In this document: one piece after another, positions 28,674 through 38,503 of the stretch | Layout of the letters: each line of letters opens with the position of its first letter | How positions within the stretch are numbered: the stretch's first letter is position 1 | Origin: a virus | Taxonomy: Duplodnaviria > Caudoviricetes | Length of the DNA stretch: 64,000 nt | IMG/VR virus record: IMGVR_UViG_3300013382_000001 | Coordinates: 1-64,000 of that record | Direction: 5' to 3' (one strand) | The notes under the pieces: model-generated | Seen by the model: only the letters and a program-made list of their open reading frames with translations | Databases searched by the model: none | What the model was told of the DNA's origin: nothing | Program-made: the position numbers and the translations under genes

Positions 28674-29493
28674 TATTGAAACTTATGTTGAGAAATATCG
28701 AACATTTGATGAACCCGTTCCATTTAAAGATGTTTTGATTTATCCTGTAAAGGTAAAAGATTATTATAGATTTATGTCAAATATTGACATTTTAAAAATA
28801 GATAAAGATAAGATTCCAGATGTCAGAGTAATGCAAATGAGTTATTTAACATTTATACTTGGAATTATAATAGAAAGTGAAGAATATAGAGATATGTTTA
28901 TTAATATATTAGAGCTTTGTCTGCATATAACGCAAGATGATGAATGTTATAATCAGAAATTCCCTTATAAGGAGATTTTATATGGAACTATTGATAATAA
29001 AGAAATTTATTTTATCAATGGTTATGATGTAAATATTGAATTTGATGGGAAAAGTTCCATATTAAATATTGGAACAACTAGGCTCTATGCACAAGATTTA
29101 GATGATATTATTGATATTATTTGTTATCAGAATTTTAACGATTATGATAATGATGAAATGTCAGAAGATTTTAAAAAATTACTTGAAGAATATTGTCATT
29201 TAAAAAATAAGAATATTAAGCCGCCAACTTTAGAGGAACAGCTTATTGCGATTATGGCGCAAAATGGTATGACTAAGCGTGAATTGATAGATGAAACAAT
29301 GTATACTGTAAGAGGTATGATTGATTCCATTGTTGGTTGTGTGGATTATCAGATACAGCATAATTATCGTGCTAATGCCATGACTGATAAGAAGTTACCA
29401 GATATTGAACATTGGCTTATTAAGTCTAACAAGGGTAAATATGACGATATGTTCTCTGACTTGGATTCGTTTAAGAAAAACTTTGAACTTTAA
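28657..29493 (+). CDS. Tail-module protein (YomV-like position)
   Basis: 278 aa, IYPVKVKDY...IEHW. Confidence 0.55.
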   Translation: MEFVDNIETYVEKYRTFDEPVPFKDVLIYPVKVKDYYRFMSNIDILKIDKDKIPDVRVMQMSYLTFILGIIIESEEYRDMFINILELCLHITQDDECYNQKFPYKEILYGTIDNKEIYFINGYDVNIEFDGKSSILNIGTTRLYAQDLDDIIDIICYQNFNDYDNDEMSEDFKKLLEEYCHLKNKNIKPPTLEEQLIAIMAQNGMTKRELIDETMYTVRGMIDSIVGCVDYQIQHNYRANAMTDKKLPDIEHWLIKSNKGKYDDMFSDLDSFKKNFEL

Positions 29494-29513
29494 ATAAATT
29501 AAGGAGGAAAAGT

Positions 29514-30572
29514 ATGAAAAAGTTTGTTTTAGCGGGCGTTGGAACTGTAACGGGTTTTGACGGTGATGCTTTACTTTTTAATGCAAAGACTTTAACTGAA
29601 TCTTCGATTTCATTAGAAGTTACGGAAGAAGAAATCCGAGGTGGATTGGCAAATCCTTTAATTGCTAAATATTTCCATGATGCAATTTTGAATGCAACTA
29701 TTACTGATGCATTATTTGACATGCAATATCTGGCTCTTAATGCAGGTGGCGAAATTACAATCGGTGGAGATTCTATTGTAGATGAACAAGTAACTATTAC
29801 TACTGAAAATCAGATTACTGTAACGGGAACTCCTGTCGCTTTTGGTAATGCAGGTATTGTTGGTTGGTATAGCAAACCAAATGAAGACAATTGGAGTCCA
29901 ATTACATTTGTGGGTCAAACTGCACAAGCTACTATTGCTGTTGGCGAGACGGTTTGTGTAAAGTATAATGCAATTGATGATGCTTTGAGTCAATTTATTA
30001 TTCCATCTAATGTAATTCCGTCTGAAATTAGATTAGAAATGAAATTCCCAGTATTTTCCGCAGGAACGGATAAATTGACCCGTTCATCTCAAGTTGGCGA
30101 ATTTATTGTATCTATTCCAAGATATATACTTAGTGGCTCATTTGAACTTTCCATGACTTCAACAGGTGCAGCTACATCTGACCTTTCTGGCTCTGCTCTC
30201 GTAGCTTATGAAGGAACTGGATGTAATGACTTGGGTCAATTCGCAACTGTAAAGTTAAGAGAATATGGTAAAAAATGGTATGACGGTTTAACGGCTATCG
30301 CTGTTTATAATGCAGATATGAGACTTGAAACTGGTAAAACTTTGACATTAAAGCTCCGTGGTCTTTACGACAATGGTTCTGCGATGTCTACAGATTTATT
30401 GGATAATACCAAGATGACTTATAGTGTAAATCCGTCAAATATTGCTTCTGTATCGGCAGCAGGTGTAGTTACTGCAAATAATGCAGGCACTGCTGAAATT
30501 AAGATTGTGGCAACAGATACCGCAACTCTTGCTGACCCGATTGAGGCATATGCAAGCATCACAGTATCTTAA
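29514..30572 (+). CDS. Major tail tube protein with C-terminal Ig-like (Big_2) domain
   Basis: EEIRGGLAN motif; IASVSAAGVVTA..AGTAEI Ig motif; followed by terminator. Confidence 0.8.
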   Translation: MKKFVLAGVGTVTGFDGDALLFNAKTLTESSISLEVTEEEIRGGLANPLIAKYFHDAILNATITDALFDMQYLALNAGGEITIGGDSIVDEQVTITTENQITVTGTPVAFGNAGIVGWYSKPNEDNWSPITFVGQTAQATIAVGETVCVKYNAIDDALSQFIIPSNVIPSEIRLEMKFPVFSAGTDKLTRSSQVGEFIVSIPRYILSGSFELSMTSTGAATSDLSGSALVAYEGTGCNDLGQFATVKLREYGKKWYDGLTAIAVYNADMRLETGKTLTLKLRGLYDNGSAMSTDLLDNTKMTYSVNPSNIASVSAAGVVTANNAGTAEIKIVATDTATLADPIEAYASITVS

Positions 30573-30585
30573 TTAAAATTTAATC

Positions 30586-30615
30586 GGACAGGCATCTATT
30601 TGCCTGTCCATTTTT
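30586..30615 (+). terminator. Terminator after tail tube gene
   Basis: GGACAGGCA...TGCCTGTCC + T5. Confidence 0.75.
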
Positions 30616-30623
30616 AGTTAGGA

Positions 30624-31007
30624 GTGATTTATATGTTTTGTAAATATTGTAATATTGCTGAATATAATAAATTTTGCACTTGTGCAAAAAATGGTGAAAT
30701 TTGTCCATTTGTACGAAGATGTACGAATGAAAGGCGTTGGAAACCATTAGATACAATGAGTAAATGTAAATTAGGAAAGGATGAAGTAGTAGTGCCAAAA
30801 GGACAGAATAAGGTACGCTTTGCACTTCATGGAGAACTTTATGTCGAGGATGGAGAATTTGTGTATAGTATAAAAAATCCATATGACTATGTTCCTGAAT
30901 TTGTAGAAATTGTGGACATAGATGGGATTAAATACATTAAGGGTTTTGAACCTCAAATAAAGTCATCTAAAAAGAAGAAGAAAGACGAGGAGGATGCAGA
31001 ATGTTAG
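30624..31007 (+). CDS. Cys-rich hypothetical protein
   Basis: CKYC...C.C...CP..RRC. Confidence 0.6.
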   Translation: MIYMFCKYCNIAEYNKFCTCAKNGEICPFVRRCTNERRWKPLDTMSKCKLGKDEVVVPKGQNKVRFALHGELYVEDGEFVYSIKNPYDYVPEFVEIVDIDGIKYIKGFEPQIKSSKKKKKDEEDAEC

Positions 31008-31312
31008 TAAAAGGTAACTGTGGGGGCATGATTCCTGTCAATGATAGTACATTTGGAGTTAATACTAAAGGTGAATTAACTATGAATGTTGGTGAACAAA
31101 ATGCTGTTCCATTTAAAAATATTGATGTTGAGGGCGATGCTACAATTAATCATCTTGATGTTGTAGATAGTATTGTAGTTCCAGACCCAACTGACCTTAA
31201 AGAAGCTACAAATAAAAAATATGTAGATGCTCACTATATTACATCTCCTAATGGAACGCAGTATAAGATTGTAGTAGATGACAATGGTGAATTATCTACT
31301 ACGAGTGTTTAA
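31001..31312 (+). CDS. Small tail-fibre-like protein
   Basis: PT...ATNKKYVD and SPNGTQYKIVVDDNGELST motifs. Confidence 0.6.
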   Translation: MLVKGNCGGMIPVNDSTFGVNTKGELTMNVGEQNAVPFKNIDVEGDATINHLDVVDSIVVPDPTDLKEATNKKYVDAHYITSPNGTQYKIVVDDNGELSTTSV

Positions 31313-31324
31313 TAGGAGGTAGCT

Positions 31325-31642
31325 ATGGAAAGTGTAGAAGTTACCTTACAAGGTTTAAAAAAAGATGTCAAGGGTTTAGAATATCGGATGAGTCATGTAG
31401 AACAACTTAGTGAAAATGTAAATCGTTTGGCAACTTCTATTGAGGTTATGGCTACCAATATGGAAGCGATGACATATGAACAGCGTAGATTAGCTGACGC
31501 TCAAGAAAAAGCAGATGAACGCATTCACACACTTGAAATGCAACCTGTGGAAGCATGGGATAGCGTAAAAAAGACATTGGTTACTTGTATAGTGTCTGCT
31601 ATTGGTGGGGCAATTATCGGAGGTTTACTTCCAATTCAATGA
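31325..31642 (+). CDS. Coiled-coil + C-terminal TM protein (XhlA/holin-like)
   Basis: Heptad region then IVSAIGGAIIGGLL. Confidence 0.6.
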   Translation: MESVEVTLQGLKKDVKGLEYRMSHVEQLSENVNRLATSIEVMATNMEAMTYEQRRLADAQEKADERIHTLEMQPVEAWDSVKKTLVTCIVSAIGGAIIGGLLPIQ

Positions 31643-32007
31643 AAAAGTTCGTCAATCAATGGGGTGTGTATGTTGTGGATTTGGGTAACAAGGACGGGTC
31701 TGTGCAAAGTGGGATTCGTCCTTGTGTAATTTTACAAGGGATGATAGGTAATTCATGCAGCCCCACAACGATATGTTTACCTATTACCAGTAAAGTAAAA
31801 AAGTCGAATATACCACCCCATTATATGTTACATAAAAAAGATTATCCATTTTTTGATTGCGAAGAGAATGTTGTGCTTTGCGAACAAGTTTGTACTATCG
31901 ATGTAAATAAACAAGTTCAGAAGTGGCTCGGAACATTAAAAGAAAAGGATAAAAAAGAATTATTTGAGGCTTTTTTAAGCAATTTTCAACTCATAAAGGA
32001 GGAATAA
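31639..32007 (+). CDS. mazF: PemK/MazF-family endoribonuclease (no adjacent antitoxin)
   Basis: YVVDLG..GSVQSGIRPCVILQ...N..SPTTICLPITS...VLCEQVCTID; ATGA coupling. Confidence 0.85.
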   Translation: MKKFVNQWGVYVVDLGNKDGSVQSGIRPCVILQGMIGNSCSPTTICLPITSKVKKSNIPPHYMLHKKDYPFFDCEENVVLCEQVCTIDVNKQVQKWLGTLKEKDKKELFEAFLSNFQLIKEE

Positions 32008-32012
32008 AAGGA

Positions 32013-32441
32013 ATGAAGGAATTAAAACGACCAGAGACAATTTATATAGGTGAATATGATATAAATTTAAGACCATATTTAACCCTTCAAGAGCAAGAAG
32101 CAATTGTATCCTTAATGTTAAATTCAGATAATTTAGTTGAAAGAGAAGTAAAATTGATTACAGGTGTGGTCGAATTTTGTACCGATATTCCAACTGATAG
32201 TGATGTTGATATAAATGATATTATTATTAGTGGCTTATGGGATGAGATTCAAGATAAAATGGGTGATTATATTTGGAATGTTGAACATATGGTATCAAAA
32301 TATGATTCTATGGATTTTACATTTTCAAAACTTGTTAATCTTCTCGCTGAAAAGTTAGATTCTCTTGCTAATGCGCTCCCTAATGAAAATCAATTGGTAG
32401 AGATAGCTAAGGGGTTATTAGAAAAAGATGTTGATAAATAA
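32013..32441 (+). CDS. Putative tail assembly chaperone
   Basis: Acidic 142 aa upstream of tape measure. Confidence 0.5.
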   Translation: MKELKRPETIYIGEYDINLRPYLTLQEQEAIVSLMLNSDNLVEREVKLITGVVEFCTDIPTDSDVDINDIIISGLWDEIQDKMGDYIWNVEHMVSKYDSMDFTFSKLVNLLAEKLDSLANALPNENQLVEIAKGLLEKDVDK

Positions 32442-32946
32442 TTCATTAGAATTACAAAATAGAGCAAATCAAGCTTTGATGACTGTGGTAGATAATACTA
32501 TACAAATTGCACTTGATAAACTTTTGGACATTATTGAACAGACCGTATATTCATATGGTGCTACTTGGACAAATGGTCAAGGTGGTGACTTTGGTCGAAC
32601 CCATGAGTTCTATGACACATGGGGTAAAACAAAGGCAAGGTTCACAAGTTCATTTTTTGGTTCAGCAGTAGAAGCTTCGATTTTACAAACATTACCATTA
32701 AGTTACCACGAACCATTTAGCCATGGTTCTATTGTAAGTGGTGGTGCTATTAGTAAAAATGATTTAAGCAATATTATAAATGAAGGTCTAAGTGAATCAA
32801 ATCTTAACTTTCCGGCTATTGAGGCTCGATCATTCTGGGATGAATTTGAAAGATGGTGCGACAAAAATTTGATTAATATATTTACATCAGAATGTAAAAG
32901 GATGGGATTGAATATTGGAGCGAGTGCAACTTATTCAATCGGATGA
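32428..32946 (+). CDS. Neck/tail-module protein
   Basis: VYSY...RT...ARSFW pattern. Confidence 0.5.
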   Translation: MLINNSLELQNRANQALMTVVDNTIQIALDKLLDIIEQTVYSYGATWTNGQGGDFGRTHEFYDTWGKTKARFTSSFFGSAVEASILQTLPLSYHEPFSHGSIVSGGAISKNDLSNIINEGLSESNLNFPAIEARSFWDEFERWCDKNLINIFTSECKRMGLNIGASATYSIG

Positions 32947-32958
32947 AAGGATTAAAGG

Positions 32959-33588
32959 ATGTTTATTTTAGGATTAGATATGAGTACACAGAAAACAGGT
33001 TATGCTGTGTTTGAAATATCAGATAACAAAAAGGAACTTATTGATTATGGCTGTTTTGAAATGTTGAGTTCAATTGAAAAAGATTGGAGAGTTCGTATTA
33101 AATATATGGCAAATCAACTTGGTGAATTGATGGGTCAATACGAATTTAGCAAGGTTTATATTGAGGATGTTCCACCAATTGTGAACAACTCACAGACGGT
33201 CAAGACACTTGGAGCCTTGCAGGGTATTGTGCTTGGGGTTACGGGAGTATACGCTGTACCAACTGAGTTTACCCCAGTTGAAACATGGAAAACCCAATTG
33301 AATATCAACCTTTCACATAGCAAGGAATACAATAGGGTTAAAAAGGATTTAAAAGGTGATAAAAAGAGTTTGGAATCTCTTAAAGGTAAAGTTAAGGCTT
33401 ATGAGAAAAAAATGAGTATAGACCTTGTTAATCGTTATTTTGGGCTTGAGTTAAGGTGGAAAAGCTTTGGGTCTAAACAAAATGACGATGATATTGCAGA
33501 CGCAATTAATATTGTGGCAAGTAAATTATTTGAAGGTTATAAATATGTTTTAAGAGATTTTGAAGATATTATGAATGAAATAAAATAA
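32959..33588 (+). CDS. ruvC: RuvC-like Holliday junction resolvase
   Basis: ILGLDMST..TGYAV, VYIED, DDIADAINI. Confidence 0.85.
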   Translation: MFILGLDMSTQKTGYAVFEISDNKKELIDYGCFEMLSSIEKDWRVRIKYMANQLGELMGQYEFSKVYIEDVPPIVNNSQTVKTLGALQGIVLGVTGVYAVPTEFTPVETWKTQLNINLSHSKEYNRVKKDLKGDKKSLESLKGKVKAYEKKMSIDLVNRYFGLELRWKSFGSKQNDDDIADAINIVASKLFEGYKYVLRDFEDIMNEIK

Positions 33589-33612
33589 CCTCTGTAGAAA
33601 GGGGGAATATAT

Positions 33613-34668
33613 ATGGCTGTTGACCTTTTTCAACTTGATTTAAAGGCTAAAGTTGATGTTGCTGATATAAAAAAGCAATTAAGAGAGGTTAGCAAAACCA
33701 CTGAAATTAAATTAAATGCCGATAATACACGAAGAGCAACAAAAAATATAACTGAATTTAAAGATGCTACAGGGCAAGCTTATACGGCAACTGAAAAATT
33801 CAATAAAGAAGGAAAGCTTTTAAGCACAACATTAAAGACAACTGCGAAAGAATCAGAAACATTAGGAACAAAACTTTCTAATATGGGGTCGAAAATACAA
33901 TCAATAAATGGTATATTTCAAGCCCTTAAAAATGTTGCCGTTAGTTTTGGTCAAGCATTACAACCATTATTAGAATTTGAAGATTCGTTGACGGAACTGA
34001 AGAAAGTTAGTGATTTATCGGGTACATCTTTAGATAATTATACTGATAAGCTTGCTCAAATGGGTCAAGAGGTAGGTAAATCTCGTTCTCAAATGGTAGA
34101 AGCGGCAACTGAATTTGTTAAGTCTGGGTTCAGTGAATCTGATTCTGCTGAATTGGCAAGAGTTGCAAATTTATATATGAATATTGCCGACGAAGAATTA
34201 AATGCAGGAGATGCGGCTAATTTTATTATTAGCCAAATGAAAGCATTTAATCTTGAGGCTCAAGATGCCGAACATATTATCGACAGTTTAAATAATGTGT
34301 CAAATAATACAGCTGTTAGTTCAGCCGACTTAGCAACTAACATTGGAAAAGCATCTGCTGCATTGGCAGTAGGTGGAAACACATATGAAGATGTTCTTAG
34401 TTTAATGACGGCAGGCGTTGAGATTACCCGTTCTGGCGCAAAAGTTTCAAGAGCATTGGTATCAGTACAATCTCGTTACAATCAAACTATAGACGAAACA
34501 TCTTCAACAGGTCAAAAACTTATTGAATGGTATAATAAACATAATATCGCAATTAAAGACCAAGAAGGACAACAAAGAAAGCTTTATGACACATTAAGTG
34601 ATGTATCAAAGATATGGAATGACCTTAGTAAAGATGAACAACTTTACTATCTTAATATCCAAGCGGGT
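33613..34668 (+). CDS. Tape measure protein, exon 1
   Basis: TP901-type core (LTELKKVSD, AATEFVKSG, LNNVSNN); splices ...IQAG|ANQTQNL (1497 aa total). Confidence 0.9.
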
Positions 34669-35014
34669 GAATTGCGCCCCTTCAAGGTGAATTGCTGGAA
34701 GCCTTAAAGTTTTATTTACTACAACATAAGCATGAAATAAAGCTAAGTGTGAATGTTATAAAAAACAATAAAAATATATAGGTAATCAGCAGCCAAGCTC
34801 CGAACAGGAGAAGGTTCAGAGACTATTCCAATGGCGAGGTAAATGCTCGCAATAGAAGTACGACCACAAAGCTAGTGGTGGGTGAGATTCCCTTAAATGG
34901 AAGTGCCTTGACACGAAAGTGAAGATATAGTCCGAACTTATAGGAAACTATAAGGAAGAAAGTTTTATAAATAAAACTTTCTTTGGCTAATGTAGCGAAT
35001 TAGCTTAACAATTG
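34669..35014 (+). mobile_element. ORF-less group I intron (346 nt) in tape measure gene
   Basis: P1 U34668-G34676, P10 TTGC/GCAA, P AATTGCTGGAA, Q AATCAGCAGC, R GTTCAGAGACTA, S GAAGATATAGTCC, terminal G 35014. Confidence 0.93.
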
Positions 35015-38000
35015 GCAAATCAAACACAAAATTTGAGTGCCATTCTTCAAAATTTTGACCAAGTTTTAAATGCACATGATTTAGCATTGAATGCATCGGG
35101 TTCGGCTGTGACAGAAAATGCTCGTGCAATGGAGAATCTTAACAAAAAGATTGATAACTTAAAAGCGTCTTGGTCTGAAATAGTTCTTGCATTTGTAAAT
35201 TCTGAGGCAATTGGCAACATTCTTGATAAAGTTAGTTCTGCACTTCGTGATATTGCAAATAATGAAGCAGCAATTAACACAATTGTAACTCTTGTTAAAA
35301 CTTTACTTCTTTTAGCAGGTTCTAAAGCTATAGTAGACTTTTTTAGTGGAGTAAAAGCATCAGTAGTACAGTTGCTTCCTAAGATTACAGAATTTATCAC
35401 AAAATTGACCGCAGTGAAGGCTGTTTTGATAGGTGCTGAAACAGCAACAGGTACATTAGGTACAGCATTTTTGGGTTTAGTTACACCTCTTGGGGTAGTT
35501 ATAGGTTTACTTTCTGTTCTTGCTATAGGTATTGCTGCTTATAACAAGGTTCAAAAAGCACCATCAGAACGCCTTGAAAAAGATAAAAAGACCCTTGAAG
35601 ATACTAAGGAAAAATATACTGAAATCAAGAAAGAATACGACGAACTTCTTAGCCGTCAAAAGACTCTAAACTCTCAAGGTAAAGACCTTAATGACGCAGA
35701 AAAAAAGCGTTTGGAATTACTCGAACAACAAACAAAGGAACTCGAAGAACAAGAAAAGCAACAGATGGCAAATGTTGCCGCAAGTACCGTTGGCACATTA
35801 CAATATACCCAAACAGGAACTAAGACTGTTAGAAAAGGGCAAGAATTTGCTGTTGTTGATACAGAAGAAGTTTATAAAGGTCAAAAGGCATTTGATGCAA
35901 TGGCTAATGCGATTGCCGAAGCCACGGAGCAATACGAAAAAGGCGAAATTACACTTAATGATTATAATGGTCGGACAGGCGAATTAAAAGAACAACTTGA
36001 TACAGTTTATGATTCGTATTTGGAAGTTATTCGTTCGGGTGGCGAGCTTAATGAACAAGACCAACTTAACTATGTCACACTTGTTAATTTAAAGGCGGCA
36101 TGGGTTGATGCCGAAGGTGCATCAAGCGCTTATGCTCAAGCATTAGCTAAAGTTTCGCCCAATACAAATGAAGCAATACAATTAACTGACTTATATAGTG
36201 ATTCTTTGGTGCGTGTAGGGAATCAATATTATTTCGTTACACAAGCCGCAAAAGATGCTGCAATAAAGCAGCTCTCAACAGAAATTTCTTTAACAAAGAA
36301 TGTGCTCGAACAAGTACAAACAAGGATTGCAGCTCGTGCATTAGAATATGATTCGATTGTGCAATTTAATAAAGAGGCTTTAAAACACGCTTCTCCAACT
36401 AGTGCGGGGCAATTTTACGAGAGCAATCAAGGGCAAGCAGTTCAAAAATATTATAAATTAAAACGAAACCTTGAAAAGCTGAAAAATATTAAAGTTAAAA
36501 GTAACAGTATAGATGACACAAAGTCTCCGAACAAAGATACGACAAAAGGCAGGGGTAGCTCATCGGGTGGCGGTAGTTCCTCATCTGACACTTCTCAAAA
36601 ATCCCGTGAACTTCTTGAAAAATATAAAAAAGAATTAGAGGAATATCAAGAAGCACAAGAAGATGCTTATAAAAAAGGTGAAATCTCAGCTTCTAAATAT
36701 TATTCTAATATTCAAAAGAAGGGTAAAGCCCTTTGGCAAGATCTAAAAAAGCGTGGCAAAGATTATGCAGATTCGGCTCAATCTATGTTTGACGCTTATG
36801 TGAGTGCTAATTCTAATTCAGTTAAAGAGATTTTCTCCGAGCTAGATTATCGTTACAAAGAAGGCGATCTTACAGGTAGACAATACTACAATAATCTTTG
36901 GAAATATGCTAATAAGTTCTACAAGAATGGAAAGCTTTCTTTTGATGAATATAGAGATTATGTATCTAAGGGCTATGACGCTTTATTTGACCAACTTGAA
37001 GATAATTATAATGATGGTACAATTAGTGCTGAAAAATATCAAGAACAAGTAAAAAAGGCTCAATCTGACGCAAGTGAAGCAATTCGTAACGCAACTAAAA
37101 AGGGTTTAATTGATAAATCTGTAGCCAGTGAAGTTTACAATCTTTTAGTTAAGCGTGGGGCAGAAGCGGCAAATAGTGTTGCTAAGGCACTTCATGATTC
37201 TATGGTTAAGGCTGCAAAAGAGGCTGTTGCGGAAGCTGAAGCTGAACTTGAAAAGGCTCAAAAGAGACAAACTCAAGCCGAAACCTATATTAGTGCTTTG
37301 CAATTTTGGTCTGACGAAGAGCAAGAACGAATTGACAAGGTTATTGATGGTTACAATGACGAGATTGATAAACTTCAAGAACAACTTGATTTACTTGATG
37401 AACAAAATGATGCATTAGACAAGCAAGCAGAGCGGGTAGAACTTGTGAATGCTTTAGAAAATGCGAAAAAGAAAAAAGTTCGTATATATGATGCAAAATA
37501 TGGCTGGGCATGGGGTGAAGATAAAAAGGCTGTATCTGAGGCTCAAACCGCTCTTGATGAGTTCGATAAAGAGCAAGCACGACAAAAAGAAAAAGACGCT
37601 ATCAATGCCGAAATTAAAGCTCTTGAGGAACTGATTAAGAAAAAAGAAGCTGAAAAGCAAGCATATCAAGATGTAATTGATGAACAAACAAAAGCCCTTA
37701 ATCGTTATAATATAGAAGCTCAACTTGGTGTCACTATTGAAGAAGCCATATTCCAAGATAGAATTGAAAATTTTGATAATTGGAAAAATTCGTATATTAG
37801 TGGCATACATGAAGTTATTTCTGCTATTGAGGCTGTTAATGACGCTCAAAGTAGAGTTGATTTTTCGCAGTCTGAACTTGATAGAATTGAAGCTGAAGAA
37901 GCCCCAGAGATTAAAACAGGTAAAACTTCAACCACTGGTGCAGGATATCAATATACTGACGATATGTCGAAGCAAGAAAAGCGTAACGCTGCTGTTCGTG

Positions 38001-38452
38001 CTAATATTGAAATGCGTAAAGCACAAGGGTATGAAGTTACTGAATGGTATGATTCAAATGGTGATTTGCACTATAAAGCTTCAAGTACGAAAACTTCCAA
38101 GAGTAATGTTAAATCTGGTGATGCAACCAATCTAAAGAAGAACAAACGTGCCTCTGGCGATGTTTCAATTCCTAAATCTGGAGTTTATAATGTAAACGAA
38201 CTTGGAGACGAGCTTATCGTACCACCAAAAGGTAATTTCGATTATCTTAAAAAGGGTACTGGGGTAGTTCCTGCTAACTTAACAAGAAATCTCATGGATT
38301 GGGGTAAGTTTAATCCTAAAAATTTACTTGGTAAACAAATGTCAAGCGTTACGAACGACCATTCGATTACAATTCAAAATCTTACAGTGCAATCGGATAA
38401 CGCAAAAGATTTCGTAAGACAATTACAAAATCTTGCAATTGTTAAACAATAA
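35015..38452 (+). CDS. Tape measure protein, exon 2
   Basis: Long helical/coiled-coil with TM segments, C-terminal VNELGDEL...GTGVVP. Confidence 0.9.
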   Translation, partial: ANQTQNLSAILQNFDQVLNAHDLALNASGSAVTENARAMENLNKKIDNLKASWSEIVLAFVNSEAIGNILDKVSSALRDIANNEAAINTIVTLVKTLLLLAGSKAIVDFFSGVKASVVQLLPKITEFITKLTAVKAVLIGAETATGTLGTAFLGLVTPLGVVIGLLSVLAIGIAAYNKVQKAPSERLEKDKKTLEDTKEKYTEIKKEYDELLSRQKTLNSQGKDLNDAEKKRLELLEQQTKELEEQEKQQMANVAASTVGTLQYTQTGTKTVRKGQEFAVVDTEEVYKGQKAFDAMANAIAEATEQYEKGEITLNDYNGRTGELKEQLDTVYDSYLEVIRSGGELNEQDQLNYVTLVNLKAAWVDAEGASSAYAQALAKVSPNTNEAIQLTDLYSDSLVRVGNQYYFVTQAAKDAAIKQLSTEISLTKNVLEQVQTRIAARALEYDSIVQFNKEALKHASPTSAGQFYESNQGQAVQKYYKLKRNLEKLKNIKVKSNSIDDTKSPNKDTTKGRGSSSGGGSSSSDTSQKSRELLEKYKKELEEYQEAQEDAYKKGEISASKYYSNIQKKGKALWQDLKKRGKDYADSAQSMFDAYVSANSNSVKEIFSELDYRYKEGDLTGRQYYNNLWKYANKFYKNGKLSFDEYRDYVSKGYDALFDQLEDNYNDGTISAEKYQEQVKKAQSDASEAIRNATKKGLIDKSVASEVYNLLVKRGAEAANSVAKALHDSMVKAAKEAVAEAEAELEKAQKRQTQAETYISALQFWSDEEQERIDKVIDGYNDEIDKLQEQLDLLDEQNDALDKQAERVELVNALENAKKKKVRIYDAKYGWAWGEDKKAVSEAQTALDEFDKEQARQKEKDAINAEIKALEELIKKKEAEKQAYQDVIDEQTKALNRYNIEAQLGVTIEEAIFQDRIENFDNWKNSYISGIHEVISAIEAVNDAQSRVDFSQSELDRIEAEEAPEIKTGKTSTTGAGYQYTDDMSKQEKRNAAVRANIEMRKAQGYEVTEWYDSNGDLHYKASSTKTSKSNVKSGDATNLKKNKRASGDVSIPKSGVYNVNELGDELIVPPKGNFDYLKKGTGVVPANLTRNLMDWGKFNPKNLLGKQMSSVTNDHSITIQNLTVQSDNAKDFVRQLQNLAIVKQ

Positions 38453-38483
38453 TTATACCCCCTTATTGGGGGTATAAATTTTT
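38453..38483 (+). terminator. Hairpin/terminator after tape measure
   Basis: TTATACCCCC-TTATT-GGGGGTATAA + T-run. Confidence 0.65.
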
Positions 38484-38503
38484 ATAGAAAGGGGAAATTA
38501 GAT

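Noticed and set aside
32013-32946. Programmed -1 frameshift tail chaperone pair
   Set aside because: No convincing X XXY YYZ slippery heptamer at the overlap; the second ORF has its own ATG.
33613-38452. Tape measure, RNAP and nrdJ as split genes, pseudogenes or inteins
   Set aside because: Each gap has group I P/Q/R/S elements, U-G 5' and terminal-G 3' splice sites, stop codons inside the insert, and exact in-frame rejoining of conserved motifs.
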